Below are positions 1 through 12,398 of a stretch of 64,000 bases of DNA, in pieces. A program made the translations under genes and the position numbers. Origin of the DNA: Squalus acanthias (lineage: Eukaryota); contig CM059431.1 in the NCBI GenBank assembly GCA_030390025.1, positions 130,140,001 through 130,204,000 on the forward strand. The letters are read 5' to 3'. Numbering within the stretch: position 1 is the stretch's first letter; each line of letters starts with the position of its first letter. Under the pieces are notes generated by a model. It searched no databases. It was not told the origin of the DNA and saw only the letters and a list, made by a program, of their open reading frames with translations.

Positions 1-15
1 TCTTTCTCTCTCTAT

Positions 16-1754
16 GGCCGCGATTTTACGAACCTTGACGTGTATGTGGTGGGCGACGTCGGTGGCGCTGCTGTCTCTGTCCCGGTTTCTGAAATGAATT
101 TCCCTTGATTGGGCTTGTTAAGCCCGCCCAGTGCGTTTCCTGGCCAAATAGAGGAAGCGGGTCTGGTGACGCGATTTGATGACGCATCATCAGCTGGTTT
201 CCTCAAAGTTACCATGACCAACTTTATTTTGACATTAGTGCTGTCAGTGTTTTACAACATTGCAAACACTGACAAGCACTGCACAGAGGCTCTCCCATAA
301 CTCCCTCCATATGCTTATGGAGGGAGTCACAGCACACATGGAGGGCCTCTTCCCTTCCCATGGGCGGAAGAGAGCTCCCTAGGAGCTCAACACACCCTGG
401 TTACACATTGCAGAGGAGCACATAAGTAGGGATGTGGTCAGGAGGACCTGGGTGTAGTGCCGCAAACGTTTCAATGATCTTAGTAGATCACAAAATGTTA
501 GTACAAAGCCACACTCAACCTCATCCTGCTGTGCCTCTCATCACATCCCCATCATTCTGCCTTCCCTACCCTACTCCTACACATTCTTACTCACACCAAC
601 TTACCTTGCACCTCCACCTATCCCTCTCTATCTACATTATCACATCGCCATCTCACAAGCCACCCCTCAGCCTCATCCTAGTGCAACCATACCAACTAAC
701 AACACACAAGGGTAGCCACTTGGGTGTTTTATGCAAAGTTCATGTAAAGTTTCTGTTAATGTGGTGTCAAACATTGAAACCTATATTTTCAACACTTTGC
801 ATTCTTGGACAGATTTGTGTGCACCTTTAGAAGTAGCTTAGTGAGTTGCAGTGAATGGTGAGACATAACGGTACCCCCCGCAATGGTCATGAATGTGAAA
901 GGAATGGCTTGGTCATTATAGGAATGCTTTATGGTGTTGGTGTGGGGTGGTGTCAACCTGGCGCATCATGTGGCAGCCAGGATGTACAGCATAAAGTGAA
1001 GTAAATATGACCATGGTGAGGTCATCTCTGTCCTCCCGGGCAGCAATGTGGTTGGGTGCTGATTCCGTGTGTCCTGTGCAGCATCAGTTGATTGCGCAGA
1101 AGGTTGGTGTTGTTTTTGTTGCTGCTGGTGTGCCTGGTTGTGCCTGGTGATGCTAGTGTTGGGGCTGATCGTGGTGGGATTCTGAGGACCAAGGTGAGAG
1201 AGTTTCAGGGGCACCGATGCTGATGGAATAGATGGCAGGTGAAGTAGAGATGACAGAAGCGATCTGTCAATGGTGGGAGAGGTAATGAGGTCAGACTGGA
1301 TGGAGACTTGTGTAAAGACTTGCAGCATCCTGAATCTGTAGTGGAAATGCAGTTTAGAGAAGCTAGTGGTTAAGGGAACATATCTCAATCAGCTGTGAGC
1401 TTTGACTTGACATTTGAAGCTGTCAACTCATCAACTGTTTCAATGGACACTGACCTCCCACCTCAGCGTCACAGACGAGGTCTAGGCACAGCGGGAAACC
1501 GGTGGGCGACCTGTCAGATTCAAAAATCTGGGAAAAAAAAACATTGATATGTGGCTTTAAACAAGCCACTAATGATTTTAATTGCATCCCCTGCCGCTGC
1601 GTGTCGGGTCTGCTCAGCGCTGACAGACCCGACATTTGGTAAAGGCGTGTGGCGGCAACTTCACAACAGGATCCCGACCCGCTGGGGAAAAATAACACTT
1701 TCCCATCCGACCCGGCACCGATCCCGCCTGCTGACCCCCCGCAAAATCCAGCCC
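16..1754 (+). mobile_element. Non-autonomous PIF/Harbinger deletion derivative (family X, copy 1)
   Basis: Imperfect TIRs GGCCGCGATTTT...AAAATCCAGCCC. Decayed Myb/SANT exon at about 270-490 (RTWV*CRKRFNDL). Collinear with 21892-27982 and 54234-56253. Flanks TAT/AAT. Confidence 0.8.
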
Positions 1755-1756
1755 AA

Positions 1757-1880
1757 TGTCTCTTTGTCTCTCCGTTTGTGTGTCTCTCTGCATCTCTCTC
1801 TCTCTCTGTATGTCTCTGTCTGTCTTTGTGCATGCATATGTATCTCTGTTTCAGCATCTCTCCCCCATTACTATCTCTCT
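1757..1880. repeat. Degenerate TC/TG-rich simple repeat
   Basis: Runs of TCTC/TGTC; the left flank of the element (1-15) is also TC-rich. Confidence 0.6.
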
Positions 1881-2973
1881 AAGTGTTTAAAATGAAATAT
1901 ATTTGGGCCCAGTCATCAAGATCATAGGATGGCTGGTTTGGGAAATCTTCAAACTTATGGATTAGCACATGCTGTTTGATATTGATGTATAATTATGGGA
2001 CAGGGTAGACAGAACTTTACTTTGAGCCCGTGTCCCCACTGGGACAGAGTGCAAAAAATGGAAAAGTCTTACTTTTCCTATATTGAGATTCCTCATTTGA
2101 GGAGCACTGAATTCCTTTCGACAAACTATTCACATTTTAAGGATTTTTTTTGAATGCAGCAGCAGTTGCTAAAAGAATAAATGGGGACTTAACAGACCAC
2201 TGAATGTTTTAAAGAAGAATGAGAGTAATTGCAAGAGTGAGGATAGAAGTTGAATTGTTCCATATGACTGTAGATGGAAAACTGATGTAAAGATTATCCA
2301 CTAGGCTAAAAATAAGCTTTTGTTTATCAATATTACCTTTTATTGCTGCTTAAAGTTTCTACAATGCAGTATTAATATTACTCATACTCTTGTGCAAGTA
2401 GTGGTGGGAGTTTTTTTGTTATGGTGCTATCCATTTTTCCATCTGTCTGTGAACCTAGCGTTAACATGATAACTTAAATAAAGCAGTTTCATGATACTTC
2501 CAGTGTCCTATTTTCCAAATACTTTGCCAGGCATTTAAACATGGCTCTTACTGTTTGACAAACTGAATGTATAGTACATTTCATTTAATCAGCTATGGTT
2601 TGTGTGTGACTTCTTTCTTTACCATATAATTTTCCCTAAAGTTAGCTCAATGGTGGCTTTGTCTGCACTATTCATTCTCTATAACGGTCAGATTTCTGGC
2701 TTTAATTATTGAAAATGTTTATAGCAGCATCATTGCTGATGAGTGAAATCACTTCTTTCCCTCCTACAATGTTGTATCTTTCATCGACAAAGTAAAAAGT
2801 GAAGCCTAGAAATTATAATTGCTGAAATTTGTGGAGACACCAAACACATTTGTATGAAATTTTTTTGTTCCTTATTGTCACTTAAGCATTAACCCATTTA
2901 ACGTAAAAGATTAATGCCTACATTTAAATAGTTAAATTGTCAAGGTAAGCATCTGTCTCCAAATGCCATTATT

Positions 2974-3678
2974 GGCCCGTAATTTCTGATAGGAGGCTTC
3001 CTGCGTGCGGATGCCTCCTATCGGGGAAAAATCTACGCCCTTACCTGAGGGCTCCCGAGGTCCGGACTCTTCCGCTCCTTGGCCTCTCCTGGTACGGGCG
3101 CGCAAAGGCCCAGGTATCCCAGGGGCGCAGGCAGTTCGCAAACATCCCTGGGATCACGTGGGCCAGGCGAGCCAATGGGAGGAGGGAATCTCCCTTCATA
3201 TTTTGGACAGGTAGACCTGTCAAAAGTATGAATGGGGATCACTGAAAAAAGACATCAAAACATTAAATAAATGTTAAAAAATGACATTTTTAAAATGATT
3301 TAAAATTACATTAAATTAAATATTTTAAACAAATTTAATTTTTTGAAAAAAATAATTAATGTTTTTTACAGGGCTAAAAATAAACTCACCTTTTTTGAAA
3401 GTATTTTTAAACTATAAATGAGTGGGAAAAAAAATATATTTTTTACTTTTTTAAATTCTTTTACCAGGCCTAAGATTTTTAAGGGTTTTCAGCGGGCGGA
3501 GGTTCTGCAGAAAGCGGAACTCTCCACCAGCAGAGGCCCTTCTCCAGGGGATTCTTGACAGATCGGAAGTGCCGGTTTTCAGCGCATGCGCTTCGCATGC
3601 CTAAAACTGGCACTTGCGAGGTCCCTACGGGTGTGTACACAGCTCGTGCACACCCGTAGGCATCGGAAATTACAGGCA
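2974..3678. mobile_element. Harbinger-type MITE with subterminal hairpins
   Basis: TIR GCCCGTAATTTCTGAT vs reverse complement of the right end GCCTGTAATTTCCGAT. GC-rich palindromic arms and an AT-rich core. Homologous to 44178-44930 in the opposite orientation. Confidence 0.8.
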
Positions 3679-3854
3679 ATCATGTTTTGGGCTTTTTGAT
3701 CTTTTTTTCTTGGAAAGGATTTGGAAATGATTACTTTTCTAGTGTTGTGCTTCAAAACAAAATTAATTTGCACGTTTTTAAAGCACCAGTCACTGTTAAC
3801 GGGCCAGAGTACAGTAATGTGACATCAGAAGGCTATGTCACTGATTGTAGGGTA

Positions 3855-3970
3855 AACATAGAAACATAGAAACTAGGAGCAGGAGTAGGCCATTCGGCCC
3901 GTCGAGCCTGCTCCACCATTCAATACGATCATGGCTGATCATCCAAATCCAGTACCCTGTCCCTGCTTTC
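3855..3970 (-). mobile_element. CR1 (HER1-like) 3' tail fragment
   Basis: AACATAGA tail repeats plus GGAGCAGGAGTAGGCCATTCGGCCC, as at the CR1 3' ends at 26428 and 46385. Confidence 0.8.
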
Positions 3971-4303
3971 CCACACAGAATCCCCATCGAGCCTGCACCG
4001 ACACATATCCCACCCTATCCCCGTAACCCCACGTATTTAATTCCCCCTAACATATCCCATCCTATCCCCGTAACCCCACATATTTAATCCCCCCCTAACA
4101 CTAAGGGTCAATTTATCATAGCCAAATCAACCTAACCCGCACATTTTTGGACTGTGGGAGGAAACCAGAGCACCCGGAGGAAACCCACGCAGACACGGGG
4201 AGAATGTGCAAACTCCACACAGACAGTCACCGAGGCCGGATTCGAACCCTGGTCCCTGGCGCTGTGAGGCACCAGTGCTAACCACTATGCCACCGTGCCG
4301 CCC
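3971..4303 (-). mobile_element. tRNA-derived V-SINE (HE1-like)
   Basis: Minus-strand tRNA head with A box TGGCATAGTGG and B box GGTTCGAATCC, then V domain CTCCCCGTGTCTGCGTGGGTTTCCTCC. Second copy at 57468-57766. Confidence 0.85.
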
Positions 4304-4329
4304 TAAGCGGCGTGCATGAATTAATCCTG

Positions 4330-5070
4330 ATGCTAAATAGCAGAGTGTGTGTGTGGGTATACTACTGAAGGTTGCGGAGACAAAGTGGCATGAGTCCCAA
4401 GGAGAGATTTCTGAAGGAGGATGAGGGGATGGGAAGCCAGTAGAGGCTGTGGAAAGCTGGGGTGATTGGGACTTTGTTTGGGATAAGTCTTGGGTGTCAG
4501 AGGTTTGGATTAGAGTTTGTGTATGGTGGACCTCAGGAGATCAGCTAGGAAAGTACTGAAAAGGTCAACCCTGGAGGTAACAAAGACGTGGATGAGGATT
4601 TTGATGGGGTGGGGTGAGGGGTGGGGATCAGCTAAAGAAGCAGCAGCTGATGTTTCGTCATTGAATATTGGAGGTCTTGGTGATGGACTGGATATGGGGG
4701 ATGAAGCTCATTTCAGGGTCATGTAAGGCATCAAAGTTGTGTATTGTCAGCATAAGAAAGCAGTTGGGGAGGGGGTGATGGAACCAGGTACGGTATGGTG
4801 TTTTAAGTACAAACTGAACAGGATGGCTTTGGTTTTGCAAACTGAAGAAAGTGCTAGTTCATCCATGACTTCACGGTCAGGCAGGCAATTAGACAGCACA
4901 GCAACAGTCACGGAATTGAAGGTGGTGACAGAAAAGTAAAACTGAGTGTCATTGTCCTACATGTTGAAGCTGACCCTGTGTGTGAATAATGTTGCTGAGG
5001 GGCTGTACATAGATGAGAATAGGAATGGAACCTTTGGGAATGCCAGAGGTGACTATGAGAAGAAACTATT
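4330..5070 (-). mobile_element. Old, decayed L2 LINE fragment
   Basis: Minus-strand remnant LIHVFVTSRVD, similar to the L2 at 35849-37522. Boundaries approximate. Confidence 0.65.
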
Positions 5071-5640
5071 GCAGGAGTAGGAGTGGAGGTGGACCACAGA
5101 AGAAAGACAGTCGAGGAAAATGGTGTGGTCAGTTGTATCGAAGACACACTAATTATTTTACATTTATCCATTTTCAACTACATTTGCAATCACTGATCCA
5201 GTTTTCAAAAATATCCAGGTGACAGGTTGCATTATTTCTCATTATTTATTCAACCTACTGTCTGCAGATTTCAAGAGCTTGCTTTTGCTCCCTTATCTAA
5301 GTCATTAAAAATTAATACAATATTGCAATACCTTGACCAGGAGTCCCAAAACCGACCCATCAATATCCTGCTCATATCCATTTTTCCAGTTTGAAAAGTT
5401 TCTAGTGACTTGTGTGTATTAAGAAGCTAGCCCATTATGTTCATTCCATTTATGCTATTACTTCGTAATGTGTGTAATATTGAAAGTAGTTGAACCTCTG
5501 TGAAAGTGGGTGTTTGTTTTTCATCTATGAAAGAGCTAGTCTAAAGGTACCACTGGAGTTGCTTACTTTTGTAGTGAACACTACACCTGCCAAAACATTA
5601 CATGAAATCACTTTTGTCAAATTTATGAATTACGGTTAAG

Positions 5641-7026
5641 AAAATGGCAGGCAGGAAGAGACCATCTAGTCCATCAAACCTGCATCACACAGTCATGATG
5701 CCTGAAGCATTATGAATAGATACTTTATTGACCAGAAGTCATGTACTCTCTCTCGAGAGGCAAGAAGTGGCATCAAGGAGCCCCAGTAAAACTGAAGTCA
5801 ATGGGAATCGTGGGGGGCGGGGGGAGGGAGGGAGGGGGTGTGAAACTCTCCACTGGCTGGAGTCATACCTAGTGCAAAGGAAGATGGTTGTGGTGGTTGA
5901 AGGTCAGTCATCACAGTGCCAGGACATCGCTGCAGGAGTTCCTCAGGGCAGTGTCCTAGGCCCAACCATCTTCAGCTGCTTCATCAATGACCTTCACTCC
6001 AACATAAGGTCAGAAATGGGGATGTTCACTGATGACTGCAGTGTTCAGCGCCATTCACAACTCCTCAGATAATGAAGCAGTGCATGCCCGCACGCAACAA
6101 GTCCTGAACGGCGTTCAGTCTGATAAGTGGCAGGTAACATTCGCGCCACAGAAGTGCCAGGCAATGGCTTTCTCCAAAAGCGAGAGTCTAAACACCGCCC
6201 CTTGACATTCAATGGCATTACCATCGCCGAATCCCCCACCATCAACATCCTGGGTGTCACCATTGACCAGAAATTTAACTGGACCAGCCACATAAATACT
6301 GTGGCAACAAGAGCAGGTCAGAGGCTAGGTATTCTGCAGCGAGTGTCTCACCTCCTGACTCCCCAAAGCCTTTCCACCATCTACAAGACACAAGTAAGGA
6401 GTGTGATGGAATACTCTCCACTTGCCTGGATGAGTGCAGCTCCAACAACACTCAAGAAGCTCAACATCATCCAGGATAAAGCAGCCTGTTTGATTGGCAC
6501 CCCATCCACCACCTTAAACATTCACTCCCTCCATCACCGGCGTACTGTGGCTGCAGTGTGTACCATCTACAAGATGCACTGCAGCAACTCGCCAAGGCTT
6601 CTTCGGCAGCACCTCCCATACCCGCGACCTCTTCCACCTAGAAGGACAAGGGCAGCAGGCGCATGGGAACACCACCACCTCCAAGTTCCCCTCCAAGTCA
6701 CACACCATCCTGACTTAAAAGTATATCACCGATCCTTCATCGTCGCTGGGTCAAAATCCTGGAACTCCCTCCCTAACAGCGCTGTGGGAGTACCTTCACC
6801 ACACAGACTGCAGCGGTTGAGGAAGGTGGCTCACCACAACCTTCTCAAGGGCAATTAGGGTTGGAAAATAAATGCTGTCCTTGCCAGCGATGCCCACATC
6901 CTATAAACGAATAAATAAAAAAAAAATGACGGGCAGGAAGAGACCATCTAGTCCATCGAACCTGCATCACACAGTCATGATGCCTGATGCATTATGAATA
7001 GATACTTTATTGACCAGAAGTCATGT
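5641..7026 (+). repeat. 104-bp direct repeat pair (5641-5744 and 6923-7026) flanking a LINE
   Basis: By-eye alignment gives 4 mismatches in 104 bp. Confidence 0.9.
5767..6922 (+). mobile_element. 5'-truncated CR1/jockey-group non-LTR retrotransposon (RT C-terminal half and 3' UTR)
   Basis: GVPQGSVLGP and FTDD RT motifs (5728-6072), ILGVTID and YKTQVRSVMEY (6127-6858), AATAAA and poly(A) end. Confidence 0.9.
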
Positions 7027-7102
7027 TATCTCCTGAGAGAGACAAGAAAACAGATAAAAACCCAAGGCCATTTAGGGAAAAAAATCTGTAAAATTCTGTA
7101 AA

Positions 7103-7530
7103 ATGGGCATACACCAAGAAATGCTTGGTAACGTAGGAATCCTGTGGAGAGCTTGCTCACAATGTTGCGGAGCATGGAGGAGTCCACCTCCAACTTGGCA
7201 CAGGCCTTTGCGAAAAGCATAGAACCTTAGGAAATGCCAGAGGTGGAATGGGTGGTCAGCTCCATCAGTACCCTTGTGGAACCCACAATGATGGAGCATC
7301 TGATGATGAATCTGACAGCTTCCATGGCAGCATAAAAAGACGGCTGCCATCTTGGCTCTGGGTACCACTGTTGAAAGGGGCTTCCAAGGCGTCACAGCAG
7401 TCCAGCACTCTATTCTCCAACAGAGCACTCGGGAGTGCTGAGGCCCCAAGAGTGTGGCATTGGCTCCATGGAATGGAACCTGCTGTCCTCTTTCAGGATG
7501 ACAGCATACCTGCTCCCATACCTGCTGTTA
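7103..7530 (+). mobile_element. Harbinger Myb-partner C-terminal exon fragment, no TIRs
   Basis: Similar to 28220-28690 and 48910-49430 (EPAVL.QDDSIPAP). Confidence 0.7.
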
Positions 7531-7689
7531 GCCTCACCATTATTTCTACATCTTTATTAATACTTCAAATTCAGAAAAAAATAGGAAAAAAGTAACTAAT
7601 AAACATACAGTAGGAGTGATGAAAAACAAGTGTGATAAGTTTAAAAAGTGTGAGAGAAGCAGCTTCAGGGCAAAAGGGCAGATTATGGT

Positions 7690-8651
7690 CTTTTGCACAA
7701 AAAAGAGCTCGATACACAAATGCACGTAGCCGAAGTAATAAAACAAGTGAATTAGATGCGCAAATTCAGCTCAAAGGGTATATACGGCCATCGCTGAGAC
7801 CTGGTTACAAACTGAGCATACTTGGGAGATAAATATTCCATGTTTTAAGGTCTATAGAAAGGATAGGGAAATTGGAAAAGGAGGAGGAGTAGCAGTATTG
7901 ATAAAATACACTATTACAGCATTAGAAAGAGGGGATATCAGTAAGTGTGCGCAGGCAGTAGAAACTCTCTGGGTAGAATTCAGGAGTAGAAAAGGATACA
8001 AGTCTTTGGTGGGAGTTGTCTACAGACCTTCTGATAGGGGTGATGAAGTAGCAGGATGCATAAATACAGAGATCAGAGAACCTTGTTGCAAAAGCAGAGT
8101 TACAATAGGAGTCTTTCATTTTTACCTAGACTGGGAAAAGTAGAACATTGTGAGTCCCAAATTTCTTGAGTGTATTTGACAGTTTACTGGAACAATATGT
8201 TCTTGAACCAACAAGAGGACAGGCCATACTAGATTTAGTGTAAGTAATGAAACAGAATTAGTTAACAATCTAACGTTAAGGGAACACCCAGCTAACAGTG
8301 ACCAAAACTTGATTGAATTCAATATTAGGTTTTAGCGGGAGAAGAGTGAGTCACAAACCAAGGTTTTAAATTTAGGTAAGGCAAACTTTAAATGGATGAG
8401 ATAGAAATTGACCATAATAAACTGGGTGAAAGTGTTAATGGATAAAACTACAGATGAAGAGTGGGAGGTGTTTAAAAAAATATTTGGTACAGTGCAAGAC
8501 CTGTACATACCCCTAAAGGGCAAGAGCTCTACTTGTGTAACTAAACAACCTTTGTCAACAAAACAAGTGCGCGATAGTGTAAAACTAAAAGAAAGGGCTT
8601 AAACAATGTAAGGAACAGTGGAGATCCCGCAGACTGGGAGAGATATAAGAA
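7690..8651 (+). mobile_element. Older CR1 LINE, 5' part (APE endonuclease region); resumes at 15518
   Basis: ETLWVEFR...LVGVVYRP motif. Sequence continues after the nested CR1, with GATATAAGAA duplicated at 8642-8651 and 15518-15527. Confidence 0.8.
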
Positions 8652-10559
8652 CATAAGAAATAGGAGCAGGAGTAGGCCATTTGGCCCTCGAGCCTGCTCC
8701 GCCATTCGATAAGATCGTGGCTGATCTGGTCTTGGCCTCAACTCCACTTTCCTGCCCGCTCCCCATAACCTTTGACTCCCTTATCGTTCAAATGTCTATC
8801 TCCACCTTAAATATATTCAATGACCCACAGCTCTCTGAGGTAGAGAATTCCAAAGATTCACGACCTTCTGAGAGAAGAAATTTCTCCTCATCTCTGTTTT
8901 AAATGGGTGACCCCCTTATTCTGAAACTATGCCCCCTAGTTCTAGATTCCCCCACAAGGGGAAACATCCTCCCTGCATCTACCCTGTCAAGCCCCCTCAG
9001 AATCTTATATGTTTCAATAAGATCACCTCTCATTTTTCTAAACTCCAATGAGTATAGGCCCAACCTGCTCAACCTTTCTTCATAAGACAACCTCTTCATC
9101 TCAGGAATTAACCTAATGAATATCCCTCCTTAAATAAGGAGACCAAAACTGTACACAATACTCCAGGTGTGGTCTCACCAACGCCCTGTACAGTTGTAGT
9201 AAGACTTCCCTACTTTTATACTCCATCCCCTTTGCAATAAAGGCCAACATTCCATTTGCCTTCCTAATTACTTGCTGTACCTGCATGCTAACATTTCTGT
9301 ACTGCAGCATTTTGTAGTCTCCCTCCATTTAAATAATAATTTGCTTTTTATTTTTCCTACCAAAGTGGATAACCTCACATTTTCCCACATTATACTCCAT
9401 CTGCCAAATGTTTGCCCACTCACTTAGCCTGTCTATATCCCTTTGCAGATTCTTTGGGCTCAATTTTGCCAGGCCCGAGGAGGCGGGACTGGAGGCGTGT
9501 GAGGTGGTAAAATCGCGAAAAATGGCGGGCGGACCCGATCCCGCCGCCATCCCGCCTCCGAGCAATTTTCCCAAATGCGTGTTTTCTGACCCCGTTTCCA
9601 TCCCGCCTCTTGGAGGCGGGATAGGCCCTTAAGGCCCTTAACAACCAGTTAAGTGCCTCTATAATCCCATTTTGAGAGGCCTTTCTGATTTTACCACTTT
9701 TCCCACGTCCTGCACGTTTCCTCTGGAACATGCCAGTGAATCCTGGCAGCCTCACTAGTGGATTGCTTACTAACAGCTGCAGCTCCACCATTAAAAAGGA
9801 GTTTTCAGCAATCATCATTTGCAGGTGGCAGAACTTTGTTGTCTCAGGTCTGGGGGAACTTTTAGCAGGCATACCCATTGTTGTGGAAGTTTGGAGCCTG
9901 ACACCCATCTCCAGTGTGACCTCCTGGGAAACCCCTCTCGCCACCTTGACTGAGCGCTTCCTCAACTGAGGCATATACCAGAAGCATGGGAACCATTTAT
10001 TTCCTTTCCTCCTGGACATCAGATTCAGACGAAGACCAGCCGTGGCAGCAGCAGAACCATGAACAACAGCACCACCAACAGCAGCAGCAACAACAGGAGC
10101 GCCAAGCTGCTGCAGGCCATGCAAGGCACACACTCATCTTGGCCAGATTTGCTTAGCCTGCACAATCAAACACTTTTGCCTCGCACCTTCTTATCAGACC
10201 ATCGACAATGGCCAAGAACCTGCGGACTCCTATCACTCTGACCACCATACTGACAATTGCAAGTCGCCCTAAGCCCTCAATGTGGAAGTCCCATTAGCGA
10301 AATGACACACACCACAACTGCAACAGTTTGCCATCAGAATTTTTTTATCACAATAAGCAACTGATGGCTTTTCAAAATTAAACACAACATTACACCCAAG
10401 TGACAACCCTTGTGACTACTTGTGCATTATCTTCCTCTTATGCGTGCTCCTACATGGTGCTTCTCCTATGGCTTCAGCAGATGTGGAGGCCCCTTGCTCA
10501 CCTTCTTGCTGCTCCTGTCTCGACACCTTTGGCGGGCGTCCTCTGGGGTTGCGAACCTG

Positions 10560-12398
10560 TTATGGCTCGGCAACAGTCTGCTGCTCCTGCGGCTGTGCAG
10601 GGGATGAGACGCCCATCTCAGTTGGGTGGAGGCTCTGGTGGGGCTCTGACCGAGGGCTCTGCAGTGGCATGGTCGTGTGAGCGCTTGGAGAGGAGCCCCC
10701 ACTTCCTTGTTGTATGCCACCAACATCCCTCTCATGGGTCAGCCCCACTTCAGAGCTAGCAACTGGCTGGACAGCACCTTGCTGCACTGCAGGGGGGCCA
10801 TGAGGACCCGTTTCTGCACTGGAAGTCCTACTCCAGAGGACTTGCATGAAGGTCTGGTTTGTTTGCTCAATAGCTGACCATCGCTTCTCAAGAGATGTCA
10901 GTCTATTCTGAACAATTACCATGTTTTCCATACCCTGGCGACTAAGCTCCTCCATGGATGTAGCCATCCTCACCTCTACCGTAGCCATCCTCTCCTCTAC
11001 GGTAGCCAGCCTTACCATGGAGGTAGCCATCCTTTCCAAGGAGGTTGCCATCCTTTCCGTGGTGATGCGTTCATGCACCAACGCCTCCACAAAGTCTCCG
11101 CTCATGTTAGCGATGGACTCCTCCATTCGCTCCACACTCACAGCGACCCTGGAGACAAAACCTGCCAGAGACTCCTGCACCTGTTCCTGGAGTTCCAGCA
11201 CCGCTCTCCTTCTGGATGGACCAGGAGGCACAGGGTCGACATGCAGCGGAGCCGAGCTGGGAGCGTCCTCTCCACTGCTACGAGGACTCTCCACTGCTGT
11301 CCCTGTCTCCACCTTCTGCTGATGCTCACTTGTGAGCTGTGATACACCAGGTGACAACTCTACTCTATGTCCCGAAGGTCCCACCGAGGTGTGAGTGTCT
11401 GCGCTGGTGCAAGGTGCGCTTAATTCTGCTGACGGAGCGCCCTCAGAGTTTGCAGCTTCCTCGAGGAGTCTGGAAGCTCAGGCTCTTCCTCCTGGACAGT
11501 GGGGACGGGGGCTCTCGATGGTCCTATGGGGGAGTAAAGGAAAGAGTTAGAGATGTGAGGTAAAGGTTGCATGCGCATTGAATTGTGCAGATGATCATAA
11601 GTCAATCTGTTAGAGCATTAGAATAATTATCAGTCACTCATGTAATGTCAATGAGAGAGATGCTAAACTATTCTATCACCAGCTTGCTGTGATGCGCCCG
11701 CCTGTCCGTCCCCCACTTGGGAATCCTCCTCGATCCCGGCAATTTCCAGGGCCGCTTCCTCCGAGGTGGTGAGCTGGGCTACTGAGGGTGGCCCTCCTCA
11801 AGTCCTTGCTCTTTCCCTCTTATTGTGGGCTCTCTTTTCCTGCAATGAGGGACACAAGTGGAGTTTGAGTGAGAATGAAGGAGTGAGTGTAGAGAATCCA
11901 TAGCATAGATGCCTAGAAGGAGACAAAGGGCCCTCCCTGTGTGTTGTAAGTTGTTGTCATTGCGTCACAGTGATAGGGAGTGTGAGGGCTGCATGGTCGA
12001 ATAGTTAAGTGAATGTGACCATAGAGAGAGAGGGAATGGGTAAGGGTGCAGCGATGTCAGTGTCAAGTGGGATGTGGAGGAAGAAGTTGGCAAAGCAGAG
12101 TGCTGGTGAGGAGAGGCGTTGGGGATGAGATTGAGGGTGATGAGAAAGTCATACTCACTTTTCCTGTGCGGAGAAGGTCATGAAACCTCTTCCTGCACTG
12201 CAGCCAGGTTCTGCGGCACATAGAGATGGCATTGACCTCCTGGGCCACTTGCAGCCACACAGCTTTAGTCTGTTGTGGTGTCTTTTTTCTCCCTGAGGAA
12301 GGGAAGAGCACCTCCTTATTAGATCTTGCTCCCTGCACCAGAGCTTGGAGGGAGGGCTCATCAAAGTGAGGTGCACACCTTTGCTTGCTGGTGGACAT
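10560..12398 (-). pseudogene. Spliced Myb/SANT-like (Myb_DNA-bind_5-type) Harbinger accessory protein
   Basis: Exon 1 12398-12159 (APHF...WLQVAQEV...WLQCRKRFHDL, then GTGAGT). Exon 2 11839-11680 (EKRAHNKRERART*GG, stop in the TGGG motif). Long last-exon ORF 10560-11384. Confidence 0.8.
10960..11064 (-). repeat. 5 x 21-bp coding tandem repeat (heptads ERMATSL-like)
   Basis: Units start GTAGCCATCC-like at 10960, 10981, 11002, 11023 and 11044. Confidence 0.9.

Noticed and set aside
966..1388. Q/H-rich ORF (also 9420-10133 and 22704-23339) as a host protein
   Set aside because: Lies inside TIR-bounded multi-copy Harbinger derivatives and frames are not conserved between copies.
3784..3851. Possible small host exon APVTVNGPEYSNVTSEGYVTDCR
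   Set aside because: Weak splice sites, no recognisable homology and no partner exons.
4230..4303. tRNA gene (also near 47010 and 57700-57766)
   Set aside because: These are SINE heads followed by V or Deu domains, with no complete cloverleaf.
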